Shown: positions 14,050 to 26,889, counted from the stretch's first letter. The stretch: 64,000 nucleotides of DNA from Octopus vulgaris (GCA_951406725.2 OX597836.1:4898001-4962000); one strand, 5' to 3'. Notes: a model not told the origin generated them from the sequence alone. A program made the numbers and translations.

Positions 14050-14814
14050 GTATGTATATATATAGGCAGTCAAGATGAATTAAATATAAGTAGGAGACTA
14101 AAATGTTGGGGGTCATATGTGAATGAAATCCTTGAAGGAATAACCGCAGGCCAATGACAAACAACGGATATACACACCGACACAGAGTCACATAAATACA
14201 TACATACATACATACATATATCTAATATGCATGTGTGTGTACTTGTGTATATGTATATGTTTGTGTGCATTTGTATTTACATGTGTATGGAGACACGCTT
14301 TTGGTTATTGATTTTTCTTGAGAAGCAGAATCAAATTTGTCAAACTGAAATAGCACCATGAAATACTAATGAGAAAAGGAGATAAGGAAACCGGAGACGA
14401 TGTGGAAAAGCATTATGGACGTGGAGCATGGGGAAGGTTTCGAGGTCAAAGGCTGATCTTAATTTCTCTCTCGCTTCGCTGCTTTCATTCCGACCCTTTT
14501 CTAATATTAATGATTACGTTTTATAATTTAGTGACTGAACAAGGAAGTGTTGAAATGGAAGAATCGATAAAGTCAGCCCCGAGCTCAATGTGTTCCAGAT
14601 TATTTAGGTAGGTTTTACTCATGGTTTGAGTTAAAATCTTTTCTACTTTCACTTTCGTAATATATTCATGCTTGGTATGTATGTCTTTTTTTATTTTGAT
14701 GTATTTTAGACGTGTTGTTGCTTGTCTTTGTTGCTCGCGGGCCATCAGTCTTAGATCAAGAAAACTTCGATGAAAAACGGTCCAGACGTAATTATTTTGG
14801 ATTGCTGTAAGACA

Positions 14815-15300
14815 ATGTTGGTAGTTGTAGTGGTGGTGGTTGTGGTGGTGTTGGTTGTAGTAGTGATAGTGATGGCGGTTTTGTTGTGGTGTGGTGTTGG
14901 TTTTGTTGGTTGTGGTTGTAGTGGTGTTAGTTATGGCGGTGATTTTAGTGGTTTAGTGCTGGTGGTGGTAATAGTGTTTGTAGTAGTAGTAGTGTTGGTG
15001 GTGGTAGTCGTGTTGGTGGCGGTGGTGGTAGTATTGTGGTTGTTGTAGTGGTAGCGGTGTCAGTGGTTATAGTGTTGGTGTTGGTTGTAGTGTTGTGTTG
15101 GTTGTGGTAGTGGTTGTAATGGTGGTGTTTGTAGTTTTGGTAGTTCTAGTGGTGGTGCTGATTGTAGTGTTGGTGGTGGCGGTGGTGGTGGTGGTGGTGG
15201 TTGTTTTGTTGGTGGAGGTGTTGTTGTTGGAGGTGGTGGTTGTTGTGGTGTAGTTGTGGTGATGGTCATGGTAGGGATTGTGGTGGTGGTGGTGGTAGTG
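14815..15300. repeat. Compound (GGT/GTT/GTA)n trinucleotide low-complexity tract
   Basis: Degenerate GT-rich triplets that generate spurious poly-V and poly-P/T ORFs. Confidence 0.95.
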
Positions 15301-15837
15301 TCAGGTGGCGCTGTTTTACTAATCTTATCGCCGTGATATATTCAGGCGTTCCTTTTCAAGACGTATCTCTATACATAATGGATTGATCTCACGTCGACGC
15401 CATATTGATTATGTTGTGTGCAAGGAGAACGAAGAGGCCATGCGTGTGTGTGTACGGATGTGTGCATGAGTGTGTACCTGTGCGCTTGTCAGTGTGTATA
15501 TATGTGTGGGTGTGTCAGTGTGTGCGTATGTGTGGATGTGCGAATGTATTTATATGTGGGTGTGTGATGTGTGTTTCTGTGTATGTTTGAGTGTGTAAGT
15601 GTGTGTACGTCTAGGTGTGTGTGTATGTGTGAGTGTGTATGTATGCGTGGATGTGCTAGTGTGTGTGTATATGTGTATGTGTCAGTGTGTATACATGTGT
15701 AGGTGAAGACAAACAAATAATAATAAAGATGGCACCTTGAATTACAGGTGGGATATTGAAACAAGAAAAAGAAAAAAAAGGAGAGAGCGAAAAGGGAGGA
15801 ACAACACTGCGATTATTCTTTATATACTAACAAGTTG

Positions 15838-15952
15838 TGAAGGCGCATAGCTCAGTGGTAATATCGTCGAGCTTACGTTCGTGAGGTTGTGAGTTCGATT
15901 TACGGACTGGGCTGCTTGTTGTCTTCTTCAGCAAGTCACTTTATTCCACGTA
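15838..15952 (+). mobile_element. tRNA-headed SINE 5' fragment (family D)
   Basis: GGCGCATAGCTCAGTGG A box, GAGTTCGATT B box, then CAAGTCACTTT. Same head as the minus-strand copy at 61540-61688. Confidence 0.7.
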
Positions 15953-16221
15953 GCTTACCTTATGCATTCCTACGTTGTTGTAATAATATGTAACACATGT
16001 GTTCACGTGATTTGTTCATGATACTTATTTGGTGCACTCTTGGAAGAATCACTCTTTCTGTAATGATTATAAAGAAAAAAGATAATGCTTCGTAGACATT
16101 TTCAGAGCGCTGCAGAAGGAAGGAGATGCTGATAACACAATGTAAGAGAAGCCTCTTTCAAGACCCCTCGCCAAAACTCAAACATAGAGCCTCCTTCAGA
16201 CGTATTCTACACTTTCCCAAA

Positions 16222-16606
16222 TCTCTCTCTATATGAAGCTGAAGTTGTCTGTGTATGGCAGGTTTGGTAGCCTTTAACTAACAAGATCTCCTCCGAGAGC
16301 CTGCGGTGCAAGTTGACCAAAATAGAGAGTATGATACAAGAAGGCTTGCGTAGAAGAAAACAATTCAAATCGGTCCATGTTCTCACCAAAAATTATTTAC
16401 TTCAAAAAGGGGCTTTTGTTAAAATGAAAATCACTATTTTTAAAGATTTTTTGACTACTGTGTCGCCATTTTTCAGTGTATTTCAACCAGAAAAATGTTC
16501 ACTTAAAGACAAATATCAAGCTACATAATGCGTAATTTTTATTTCTCAAAAATTCTAATTCTAAAGGGTCGAAACAAACCCGAGCAACGCCGGGCGATAC
16601 TGCTAG
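16222..16606 (+). mobile_element. Complete non-autonomous Helitron
   Basis: Begins A|TC(TCTCTCTATATGAAG), ends with hairpin CCCG-agcaacgc-CGGG (16579-16594) and CTAG|T. This is the canonical Helitron terminal arrangement at an AT target. Confidence 0.75.
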
Positions 16607-16741
16607 TTTAATTTAATGGTAACAATGAAAAACAAAAATTCGTCTGGTACCGATTGAGCAAAATAGTCTAAAACTTAGGAAGTTACATTTTAATATAGTA
16701 ATACACAATGTCTTTTATGGTTTCGAGTGCATAAACATATT

Positions 16742-16775
<34 letters not shown>

Positions 16776-16783
16776 CGTTTATA

Positions 16784-17010
16784 TATAAAATAGTGTACTT
16801 TTAAACACTAGAGAATCAGCCTTCAACAAGCAGTTTTACATGCTAGAAGAAGTAGTCAAAATAACCAAAACCACATTTAAGAGCAATCTTCAAAAGGAAT
16901 GAAAAATAAAAACTTCTGTCTTGTTATTTTATTTTGACTACTTCTTCTAGCGTGTAAAACTGCCTGTTGAAGGCAGTTTTCTCTTGTGTTTAAATGTACA
17001 CTATTTTATA
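16784..17010. mobile_element. Foldback/MITE-like element, ~80-bp inverted arms
   Basis: 16784-16864 (TATAAAATAGTGTAC...GCTAGAAGAAGTAGTCAAAATAA) vs 16929-17010, reverse complements with few mismatches. TA context at the ends. Confidence 0.8.
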
Positions 17011-17220
17011 TTGAGAGTATATGACATTTTTTTACATGCTAGTGCACTGGTAGTGAAATATATATTTATATATATAGATATATATTTATAAAGAAAGACA
17101 TACGTGTATATATATATGTGTGTGTATATGTATATGTATATATATATTATGCATATATACAATATATATAATATATGTATGCATAATATATATAATGCAT
17201 ATACTTATATATATATATAC

Positions 17221-17322
<102 letters not shown>

Positions 17323-17752
17323 GATGGGTATGTTATCGATTAGTTGACTAAAAAAGTGTGAAGCTGCAGAAAGACGAAGTCGAAAATGAGATAAAATAGC
17401 AGTAGGTGTGCCAGAGACAACTATAATTATTGGAAGAGACCAGACTAAGTTCATAGGGCAGAGAGAGCTGTGGGGCTTTTTTTTTCTAACATTAAACATC
17501 AATGGATTCAAGAAGAAGTGTTAAAATGACAGAAGCAATATTTCCAACCCTCGGCCACATGTGTTACATATTATTTGGTTACATCACATAATTGTTTGAT
17601 TTCAAATTTTCACACATATGAACAGACAGAGACAGACACCTACAGACTCTCTTCTTCTCAGACTGAGAGACAGGCAAACAGACAAACAGACATAAAGATC
17701 TGCTTGTGTAACTTTGTTCGTATAGGTTTTTCTATCTCTACATGTACATATG

Positions 17753-17967
17753 CAGTCACGACTATATACACTCGGCTATCGCAAGTGTTATGTTCCAAAA
17801 CCTACCACAGAAGTAATCAAAATCTAACGAAGTATAAACCTCTATCGGCCGCAGAAAACCGCGATATACTGAGGAGTCTGCGATATGAATTTACATATAT
17901 TAGCCAGAAAAATCCGTGTTGTACTGAGTGCGTTATAGGTGAACCGCCACATGGCGTGGGATTACTG
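17753..17967. mobile_element. Degenerate Tc1/mariner (Tigger/pogo-like) MITE
   Basis: Right end ...GGCGTGGGATTACTG|TA (CAGTAATCCC-type TIR). Left part CAGTC...CTCGGCTATCGC...GTTCC resembles Tigger-type termini. Confidence 0.5.
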
Positions 17968-18259
17968 TAAATGCATATATTCAAACACACACACATATAT
18001 GTGTATATACTTCTGTGTATACACTCACACACACACAAACACAGACAAGCACATACACACACATTGAGTATAGAGTCCATATATCTTGAGCATACACTCT
18101 TAATGGACCCAACCTACGTTTTTCCATGATCACATACACACGGAATGGCGAACACGATCAAAATAGACGTATGATTATTCACTCGGGGGCGCCCCACATA
18201 TAGTAATACCGACTTGAAACGCATTTTATTGCAATCATCCCAGAGCACCTGACTGTAAT

Positions 18260-18435
18260 GTCAACCGATGGTGGTGTGTTTACGTCCCCGTAACCTACCA
18301 GTTCGGCAAAGAGACCGATAGAATAAGTACTAGGCTTACAATGAATAAGTCCTAGGGTGTCGATTTGCTCGACTAAAGGCGGTGATCCAGCATGGCCGCA
18401 GTCAAATGACTGAAGCAAGAATAAAAGAATAAAAT
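18260..18435 (+). mobile_element. SINE family A, 3' half
   Basis: CAACCGATGGTGGTGTGTTTACGTCCCCGTAAC...CAGCATGGCCGCAGTCAAATGACTGAA and AATAAAAG tail. Confidence 0.88.
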
Positions 18436-18464
18436 AATAAAAGAAAAAAAAATATATATTTGTA

Positions 18465-18533
<69 letters not shown>

Positions 18534-18542
18534 ATATATATA

Positions 18543-18623
<81 letters not shown>

Positions 18624-18641
18624 GTATATGTATATATATAT

Positions 18642-19827
18642 AAAACTTAGATAAAACTTAGATATGTTTCGACCAGAGATTGGTCCAGGCCATGTCTAAC
18701 TTAATAGCACCACCTGATAGGATTATTCGAATCCTGTTTAAGTCAAGTTTTGTTCAAGTAGTGAGTTCTTGTTGGGTGAGTTGTATCCAGTTTTGTTCAA
18801 GTAGTGAGTTCTTGTTGGGTGAGTTGTATCCAATTATGGGTGGCTTGTCTGGTATTCTTTGAAGGAATCTATCCAGACTCTGTTTGAAGTTGATGGGATC
18901 CTTTTCCTCTTTGATCTCCCTCGGGACAATGTTAAATAGGGCAGGGCCTGTTGAGGAAAAGAAATTATGTTGCAGTGTACATGTATGTTGTGATCTTGAA
19001 TTTGGCAGGGGACGTATAGCCCGTGGTTCAAGTCTCGGATGAACCTTGAAGCTAATGTTTAGGTCGTTTGGGCAAAGTTGGCGGTATATTTTCCACATCG
19101 TACAAATGATGTACCGCTCACGGCGACGCTGGAGGGAGTAAAGTTTCAAGGCTTTAAGGCGATCCCAATAGTCGAGAGCAGCCATGCTTTCAATTTGTTT
19201 AGTGAGAGCCCTCTGGGGTGACTCAATTCTGGAGATGTTTTGTCTTGTGTGAGGAGAGCACAGTGGGCAGCAGTATTCAAGGTGTGGCCGTACAAAGGAT
19301 GAAAAAAGTGGTATGATGACACCTTGTTCTCTGGACCGGAAAGTTCTTAAGATCCAGGAACTCATCCTACGAGCTGTATCGACCTTCTTGTTGATGTGTG
19401 CACTCCAACTGAGATCGTCATCAACAATTACACCCAGGTCTCTGATATTGTTAGAGGCTGTGAGCGGTTCCCCTGAAGGAAGAGAGTATGGTTGTTTTAG
19501 TGAGGAATTTCTTCCAAAATGCATCAGCTCAAATTTTCCCTCATTCAGTTGCATTTTGTTTCTGTCTGCCCATTGACTCACAGCATATAGGTCAGACTGG
19601 AGTTGAGTTCGGTCTGCTTCTTCATTGACGATTTGCTGGAGCTTAGTGTCATCAGCGAATATTTTCACTTTGCAGTGATGTACGACACTGGAAAGGTCGT
19701 TTACATAAATTATGAAGAGTAGCGGACCCAAAACAGTTCCCTGGGGAACACTGCTGGTGACTTTTGCTGGGTTTGAGTGGACTCCATCAACTACAACATG
19801 TTGTGTTCTATTCGCTAGGAAATACTG
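18642..19827 (-). mobile_element. 5'-truncated CR1-clade LINE with 3' UTR and tandem tail, inserted in (TA)n
   Basis: Uninterrupted RT C-terminal reading frame; 3' UTR hairpin GACCA-atctc-TGGTC; (TATCTAAGTTT)2 tail; TA microsatellite on both flanks. Confidence 0.93.
18754..19827 (-). pseudogene. CR1-type LINE ORF2 reverse transcriptase, C-terminal ~357 codons (no true start)
   Basis: Motifs SVPQGTVLGPLLFIIYVNDL, FADDTKL, RDLGVIVD..LSW..HI, VRPHLEYC, LKLYSLQRRRER. The N-terminal YI run of the listed ORF is only the flanking microsatellite. Confidence 0.93.
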
Positions 19828-19851
19828 AATATATATATATGTATATATGTA

Positions 19852-19889
<38 letters not shown>

Positions 19890-20026
19890 ACTACCTCGAA
19901 CACACAAGTGCAAACAAGGGAGTCAGAGAAAGGCAGAATGCCACTTAAATCTGAACACTACTATAGAAATATTGTTTTAAAAAAACTTTTCTTCTAATTT
20001 TTCTAAATTTAATTATTTAATCGTTA

Positions 20027-20064
20027 CAGTTGAAAAGGTCTCAAAATGACCGAAACCGGTACTG
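20027..20064 (+). ncRNA. Degenerate Penelope-type hammerhead motif
   Basis: CAG-UUGAAAA-GGUC(ucaaaau)GACC-GAAA-CCGG-UA-CUG. Palindromic CCGG stem III; core differs from CUGANGA at two positions. Lies in a TA-flanked insert (~19885-20118). Confidence 0.55.
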
Positions 20065-20113
20065 AAATGTTCACTATAAAATTATTTTAGCATTTTCTAT
20101 TTTTTACTTGTTT

Positions 20114-20165
<52 letters not shown>

Positions 20166-20998
20166 GTGTGTATATATATGTATATATATATATATATATA
20201 TATGTACGTGTGTGCGCGTGCTTAATCTGTAAAAATGAAACTAACTAATAATTCAATCTGGTATATACAAAACCACCACCAACAACAACAATAACAACAA
20301 CTACAACAACAACAGTGTCCTTGTAATCGAAGATTTGCTCCGTAATTGAAAACACGACAGAAGAGAAACAGGTTGGTTCATGCAGCATTTGATTATTAGC
20401 TAAAGTATGCGCAAATGAGTGCTAATTGTAATGAAAACATCAGAAACAATGGAACATTTGTTACTGTGAAGAAGCCGTCATGGATTTTGTGAAAGTACAT
20501 GTTTTCCTGTCTGGGCTTGATGTCAGCTACTCATCAAGCGATTGTTTTAGTGATATCCGAATTGACAACGGAAACAATAAATCAATACCAGACACACACA
20601 CACGCATACACACACACATACTCACATGCAATACATGAATCGTGTTTACAGCTCGTACATGCATGGACACCGATCCAATAAACAAACCTACGGTTACTTT
20701 GATGTGCACAAAATTATAGCATTAATACGTATCGTTGAGCCTGCCTGGAAATCGCTCTTAGCATTTACTAGTCTATTTATGTGCATTTGTGTGTTAACAC
20801 ACACGCACACACACACATACACACACACACACATATGAGAAAGAAATTGAGGTTCAATTGAATTAAGTACTGAAGTTGAAGCACGAAGTGCAGTATTAAT
20901 GTGCAATTAAGTGCAGCCGCTTGAAACAGAGTACTGCATCACCTCTTAATATTCTGTTGCTTATTTTGATTGTATATATATATATATATATATATATA

Positions 20999-21430
20999 GG
21001 CGCAGGAGTGGCTGTGTGGTAAGTAGCTTGCTAACCAATCACATGGTTCCGGGTTCAGTCCCACTGCGTGGCATCTTGGGCAAGTGTCTTCTGCTATAGC
21101 CCCGGGCCGATCAATGCCTTGTGAGTGGATTTGGTAGACGGAAACTGAAAGAAGCCTGTCGTATATATGTATATATATATATATGTGTGTGTGTATGTGT
21201 TTGTGTGTCTGTGTAGGTGTTTGTGTGTCTGTGTTTAACCCCCTAGCATTGCTTGACAACCGATGCTGGTGTGTTTACGTCCCCGTTACTTAGCGGTTCG
21301 GCAAAAGAGACCGATAAAATAAGTACTGGGCTTACAAAGAATAAGTCCCGGGGTCGATTTGCTCGACTAAAAAGGCGGTGCTCCAGCATGGCCGCAGTCA
21401 AATGACTGAAACCAGTAAAAGAGTAATGAG
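20999..21430 (+). mobile_element. Full-length SINE family A
   Basis: Complete head, internal TA/TG tract and 3' domain, near-identical to the copies at 30361 and 31640. Confidence 0.95.
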
Positions 21431-21449
21431 AGAGTATATATATATATAT

Positions 21450-22505
21450 TATGAGGAATATGCAAATATATTAGTTTTGACACTGAGGAAAATGAAAATG
21501 TCTGTAACGTTCCATGCCCATGCTCTTCAAAAGAAAGGAATAAGAAACACATTTTAGAAGCAAAACAAGCTGTTCACATCGAATTCAAGAACATTCTTCA
21601 GAGAAATAGGAAAGGCGAAAATGACCGTTGAACACCTCAACTGCTATGGAAGAAGTTGAAAACTTTTGGAAAAATCTTTGGAGTGATGAAATGATTTACA
21701 ATGAAAATGCAGACTGGATTAGACGCACAGACGGATGCTGCCAAGACTTACCAGAACAAGCATGGGAAGACATCTCAATAGCAGACCTAAAGATGACACT
21801 CCCGAAGGCTCATAAGTGGAAATCTTCTGGTAATGATTGGGTGCCAAATTACTGGCTCGCCTCTCTCTCGTGCACACACGAAAAGTTAATCCAGTTATTC
21901 AATGAAATTATGAAAGATTCTATGAAAACACCCGATTTGATAGCAAGAGGTGTTACTTACCTACTCCCGAAGAATAATGAAACCGAATCCTTCCAAAAGC
22001 CTCGGTCCATAATAGGTCTATCTACCGCGTATATAATTTTAACTTCCATCCGCTTGTTTATGGGACAGAACGATATTTTATCGACTGAACAAAAGGGGTG
22101 TCGACGATCCTCATATGAATGCAAAGACCAACTCTTAACCAATTGCATGATCCTTGAGAACTGTCATAACAAACGCAGAAATCTCAGTTCTGCATGGATT
22201 GATTAAAAGAAAGCCTTTGACAGCATACCGCATTCAAGATTCTTGTAATTGCTGGATTCTCCAAATTTTCTCCTGTGATTTCAAACTTCCTGAAGCACAA
22301 CATGTCAATGTGGAATACGAATCTCCAATTATACCACTCTAATGGAGTACTGACCACAAAAAATATAAACATCAACTGCGACATTTTCGAAGGTGACTCA
22401 ATGTTACCTTTAATTATCTGCATAACCCTAATACCCCTGACAAGTGAAGTTAACAGAACTGGTTAGGCAAAAACAATTGGTGACAAGAAAATAAACTATC
22501 TATTT
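21450..22505 (+). pseudogene. R4/Dong-clade non-LTR retrotransposon RT fragment (stops and frameshifts)
   Basis: FWKNLW, WKSSGND.VPNYWL, GVTYLLPK, EQKGCRRSSYECKDQLL, NLSSAWID*KKAFDSIPH, IFEGDSMLPLIICITLIPL are typical R4/Dong RT motifs. Confidence 0.88.
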
Positions 22506-22507
22506 AT

Positions 22508-22732
22508 ACTCTTTTACTTGTTTCAGTCATGTGCGTGTGGCCATGCTGGAGCACCTCCTCTAATCGAGCAAATCGCCCCCAGGACTGACTTATTCTTTGT
22601 AAGTCTAGTACTTATTCTATCCGTCACTTTTTGCCGAACCGCTAATTTACGGAGACGTAAACACACCAGCATTGGTTGTCAAGCGATGTTAAGGGGACAG
22701 AGACACACAAACATACACGCACATATAGATAC

Positions 22733-22789
<57 letters not shown>

Positions 22790-23010
22790 TATATATGCAT
22801 ATATGTACACACATATATACATGCATATATGTACACATACATACATGTATATGTATATATATATATATATATATTTAAAAAAGGAGATGTCGAACACGAG
22901 TGGTATATATAAAAAGGAAATGAAGAAAATGCTGACAAATAATTGAAGTAATTTAAGTAATTTAATTAGGTGAAAGTTCTTTTTACCGGTTGCGCATTTG
23001 TTATGCTTAT

Positions 23011-23068
<58 letters not shown>

Positions 23069-23075
23069 CTATATA

Positions 23076-23157
<82 letters not shown>

Positions 23158-23319
23158 CGACAGGCTTCTTTCAGATTCTGTCTACCGATTCCACTCACAA
23201 GGGTTTGCTCGGCCCGAGGCTATAGCAGAAGACACTTGCCCAAGTTGCCACGCAATGGGACTGAACCCGGAACCATGTGGTTCGTAAGCAAGCTACTTAC
23301 CAGAATCCACTCCTACGCC
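22508..23319 (-). mobile_element. SINE family A interrupted in its internal microsatellite by a ~140-bp insert (22875-23015)
   Basis: 3' half at 22508-22720, 5' half at 23157-23319, with an expanded TA tract and a foreign insert between them. Confidence 0.88.
22981..23015 (-). ncRNA. Degenerate Penelope-type hammerhead motif
   Basis: Minus strand UU-UUGAUAA-GCAU(aacaa)AUGC-GCAA-CCGG-UA-AAA. CCGG palindrome; core mutated. Confidence 0.4.
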
Positions 23320-23333
23320 TATATATACATACA

Positions 23334-23379
<46 letters not shown>

Positions 23380-23969
23380 CAACGAGGGAGAGAGAGAGAG
23401 AGAGAGATGGGTGGGTGGAAAAGAGAAGAAAAGAGAATTTATGGACGCAACGGCGATAAGACCGTTAAAGATGCTAATTTCCGCCACCACATAACAGATG
23501 CTACGTTATAATTCGTGTCCCCTGATAAACTGATCGGCGTAGTGATTAAGCAATCGAAAACCTGATATCGACAATCTTCACACCATTAGACATCACTGTT
23601 GCATGCTAACAGATATTGAGTAATGTTCTCCATATTTTAGTCTTTGAGAGTTCCAGGTTTCTTTACTGTGTTTTTGTGTTTTTAGGGTGCTTAAGTTTTT
23701 CGAATTGGCACTAAGATTCTACCTCCACATTCTTTTCAATACATCTGTTCTTAAATGAAATGTCAGTTTTAATTTATTTGCAAATTTTGTGTGTGTGAGG
23801 AGGAAGCTATGGAGAAATGAAGGGCGGTTTAATCGATAAAGGAATTTACGATTGCAGCAAAGAGAGGGTGTTATCGCACGTACATACAAGCGTTATCGCC
23901 GTTCCATCAAAAGGGGTCGTTGTGACATGCTTAGCTGCATCGCGATACATAATGATAGTATCCACGATG

Positions 23970-24012
<43 letters not shown>

Positions 24013-24047
24013 TTGTTCATGCAAACACGTGTATATATGTATATGCA

Positions 24048-24081
<34 letters not shown>

Positions 24082-24149
24082 ACATATGTAGAGATGTATA
24101 CGTATATGTGTATTTATGTATTAATATAAGTTTGTACGTATAAAAATAG

Positions 24150-24221
<72 letters not shown>

Positions 24222-24349
24222 GTGTGTGTTCGCGTGTGTATATGTATGTATATACATATAAATGTTTGTGTGTGTTTGTGTGTATTAATACATGCATAAT
24301 GAATATGTATTTTCAAACACACACAAGTCACATATACATACACAATATG

Positions 24350-24399
<50 letters not shown>

Positions 24400-24407
24400 T
24401 ATATACG

Positions 24408-24514
<107 letters not shown>

Positions 24515-24549
24515 TACACACATACATACATGCATAAACATATGTATAG

Positions 24550-25020
24550 GAACAAGTAGAGCTGCTCATGTATGAATATGCCATCAGCTATCTTGGTCTT
24601 CGTGATCCTCTCAATCCAATGGTTGAAAAAGCTCCATCTTTTTCTTGAGAATAGCAGGAGATAAGCGAATTGAATTTCTTCGATGTCTTCTCCTTCTAAA
24701 TTTTTATGGAATACTGAGATAATGGCGATGCTGTACACTACCTTTTCCAATGTTGCATTAATATATACCATTTCGGAAAGCTTCTTTTTGGCATAATCTA
24801 ATTCAGCAGAATTCTTCCATCAATTATCTTATATAATTATCTCGCCAACATTGAGGAATTACAAAACATTTTTTTGCCTCGAAGATAAGCTGTAGGAGGC
24901 TGAGATCTTTTTTATTGAATCAGCAATTTGTTGAAGGACAGCGAGGAAGTGTGTTGAAATTCTTGGAATCTTCGGCAGCAACTGTAAAGTGGTGAGTCTT
25001 TATAATGCGTCTCCAATTTA
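24550..25020 (-). pseudogene. Possible heavily decayed RTE-type LINE RT remnant
   Basis: Weak resemblance only (VLxFLNVGEII..., [11 protein letters not shown]..., [17 protein letters not shown]) to RTE post-YADD motifs, with many disablements. Confidence 0.25.
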
Positions 25021-25663
25021 TGCTATAATTTATCCCATGTCCCTTCCGTGTCTCTTAATGGTATTGATAAAGAATCGTCGAACATAAAAGTCGATGAATA
25101 AGGCGAAAGAAAGGAGAAAGGGAAGCAAAAATGTGCGTGAAAGATTGTTGAAAGAAAATGAATTGGGCGAGAGAATATATAGCAAAGGTTAAAGAAATGC
25201 CATTGGATAAGAGATGAAAGAAAAACAGGAAGAATCTAGGAAGAAAGATAAATGGAAAAATTGAAAAGAAAATGTGAAATGAATGAGATGTAAGAGAAAT
25301 ACATATGAGGAGGAAGAGATACATTTTATTTTTCAGTTGTTGTAGTTTGTCCCGGTTTAGAAATGAGAAAATATCAAGAGATTGCTTGGATATTTACAGA
25401 TGAAGAAATGGCGTTCCTATCCGTCACTAACCTCACGTATGCATATATGTATGACCCAACGAAAGACTCCTCTACAGAGGAAATATATTTAATAGAAATA
25501 GCAGTAAAGACTTCTTCGATATCATACGCTTATGTATTATGTATGCGTAGTTGCTGAGATAAAGAAACTCTGTATGATTGAATGGTAGCTTTCCTCTCAG
25601 AGAAATAGCAGCGGAAACTACATCAATGAAACTTTATGTAATAGGCATAATGCCTCTATTTGA

Positions 25664-25782
25664 GGCATGCTTCCCCCGAGCCACATGTTCTGGGTTCCAT
25701 CCAAATGCGTGGTACCTTCGACAAGTGTCTTCTACTGTGAACGTATGAGTCGTTATGATAGACGGAAACTGAAAGAAGCCTG

Positions 25783-25836
<54 letters not shown>

Positions 25837-25945
25837 ATGTGTGTGTGTGTATGTATGTATATATTTATGTGTGTCTTTGTATGTGTGTTTGTTCCCCTAC
25901 CATCGCTTGACGACCTATGTTAATGTGTTTTATGTCCCCATAACT
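25664..25945 (+). mobile_element. Degenerate SINE family A
   Basis: CCACATGTTCTGGGTTC...AGACGGAAACTGAAAGAAGCC, TA/TG tract, CATCGCTTGAC. Confidence 0.75.
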
Positions 25946-26091
25946 TATACACACACACACACACATATATATTACTTTAAGAAATTCCAACCTTGTCTGA
26001 TTTTCACGCTTTATTTACAATCTTATAATAATATAATGTAAGATAAGATAATATAATAAAATGGTAGAATATTAAATGTCCATTCTGATTG

Positions 26092-26132
26092 AACTAGTAC
26101 TTTCATGTATTAAACTATGCAATCTTCAGGTT
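26092..26132 (-). ncRNA. Minimal type-I hammerhead motif (Penelope type)
   Basis: Minus strand AAC-CUGAAGA-U-UGCAU(aguuua)AUACA-U-GAAA-GUAC-UA-GUU. Intact core, palindromic GUAC, one mismatch in stem II. Confidence 0.6.
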
Positions 26133-26429
26133 TATGAAGTAGTGGCAACATTTATGTTTTATAATTTACAACTGTATATGAATGAATGTATGTATTATGT
26201 GGGTGTGATTGGTTTGTGTGCGTGCGTGCTTATCTGACGGTGTAGGTCCGTAAGGAGTTCATAATTTAATTTTAGCACAGGACCTGTTGTTTCCTTCGGG
26301 AAGGGGTAATTCGGTTTCGTTGTCTTCAGTACTTTACTGGTACTTATTTTAGCGACTCCAAAATGACAAATGACAATTTACAAAATAAACCTCGACGGAA
26401 TTCGAACTGAGAATGCTCGCATATTGTTT

Positions 26430-26550
26430 TATGTATTTACTTGTTTCACTCATTTGACTTCGGCCATGCTGGCGTACCAGCTTTAGTCGAACAAATCTAC
26501 CCCAGGGCTTATTCTTTGTAAGCCTACTATGTATTCTAACGGTCTCTTGG
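26430..26550 (-). mobile_element. SINE family A 3' fragment
   Basis: TTTACTTGTTTCACTCATTTGACT.CGGCCATGCTGG...CTTTAGTCGAACAAATC. Confidence 0.75.
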
Positions 26551-26652
26551 GTATATGGTTAGTAGTACGCCGATTAAAGCACTTTCACAGTTTAGGCTAT
26601 CTGATGTCATCCACAGTTATGTTATAAATGTCACTGCATCTGCATCAGGAAT

Positions 26653-26889
26653 TTTGCAGTCTTGAGTTTGTAATGAATGAAGGAAACGGTGCTTGGAGGA
26701 ATGTTTATTGAACACAACGATCATTTCCACCTTTCCTGCATCTCTCCCTTTTGGATACGATGGTATACAGCTAGTTGTGTTGCATTCTGCAGTGGTGGAT
26801 GTGGCAAAAGAATTATCTCACTTTACAAGGGGCAGATGCAGGATGGGTCAAAACTATCGTTGTGTTGAATCAAAATGATTGACTGCAAA
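26653..26889. mobile_element. Old foldback element with imperfect inverted arms
   Basis: TTTGCAGTC / GACTGCAAA outer pair. 26707-26743 vs 26834-26870 (AACACAACGAT..TCCTGCATCT / AGATGCAGGA..ATCGTTGTGTT). Confidence 0.55.

Noticed and set aside
14440-14456. GAGGTCAAAGG nuclear-receptor DR1-like site (also ~9349)
   Set aside because: Short imperfect motif that could arise by chance; no supporting evidence.
26305-26335. CUGAAGA...GAAA on the minus strand
   Set aside because: No stem II, and it lies within a decayed SINE family B segment.
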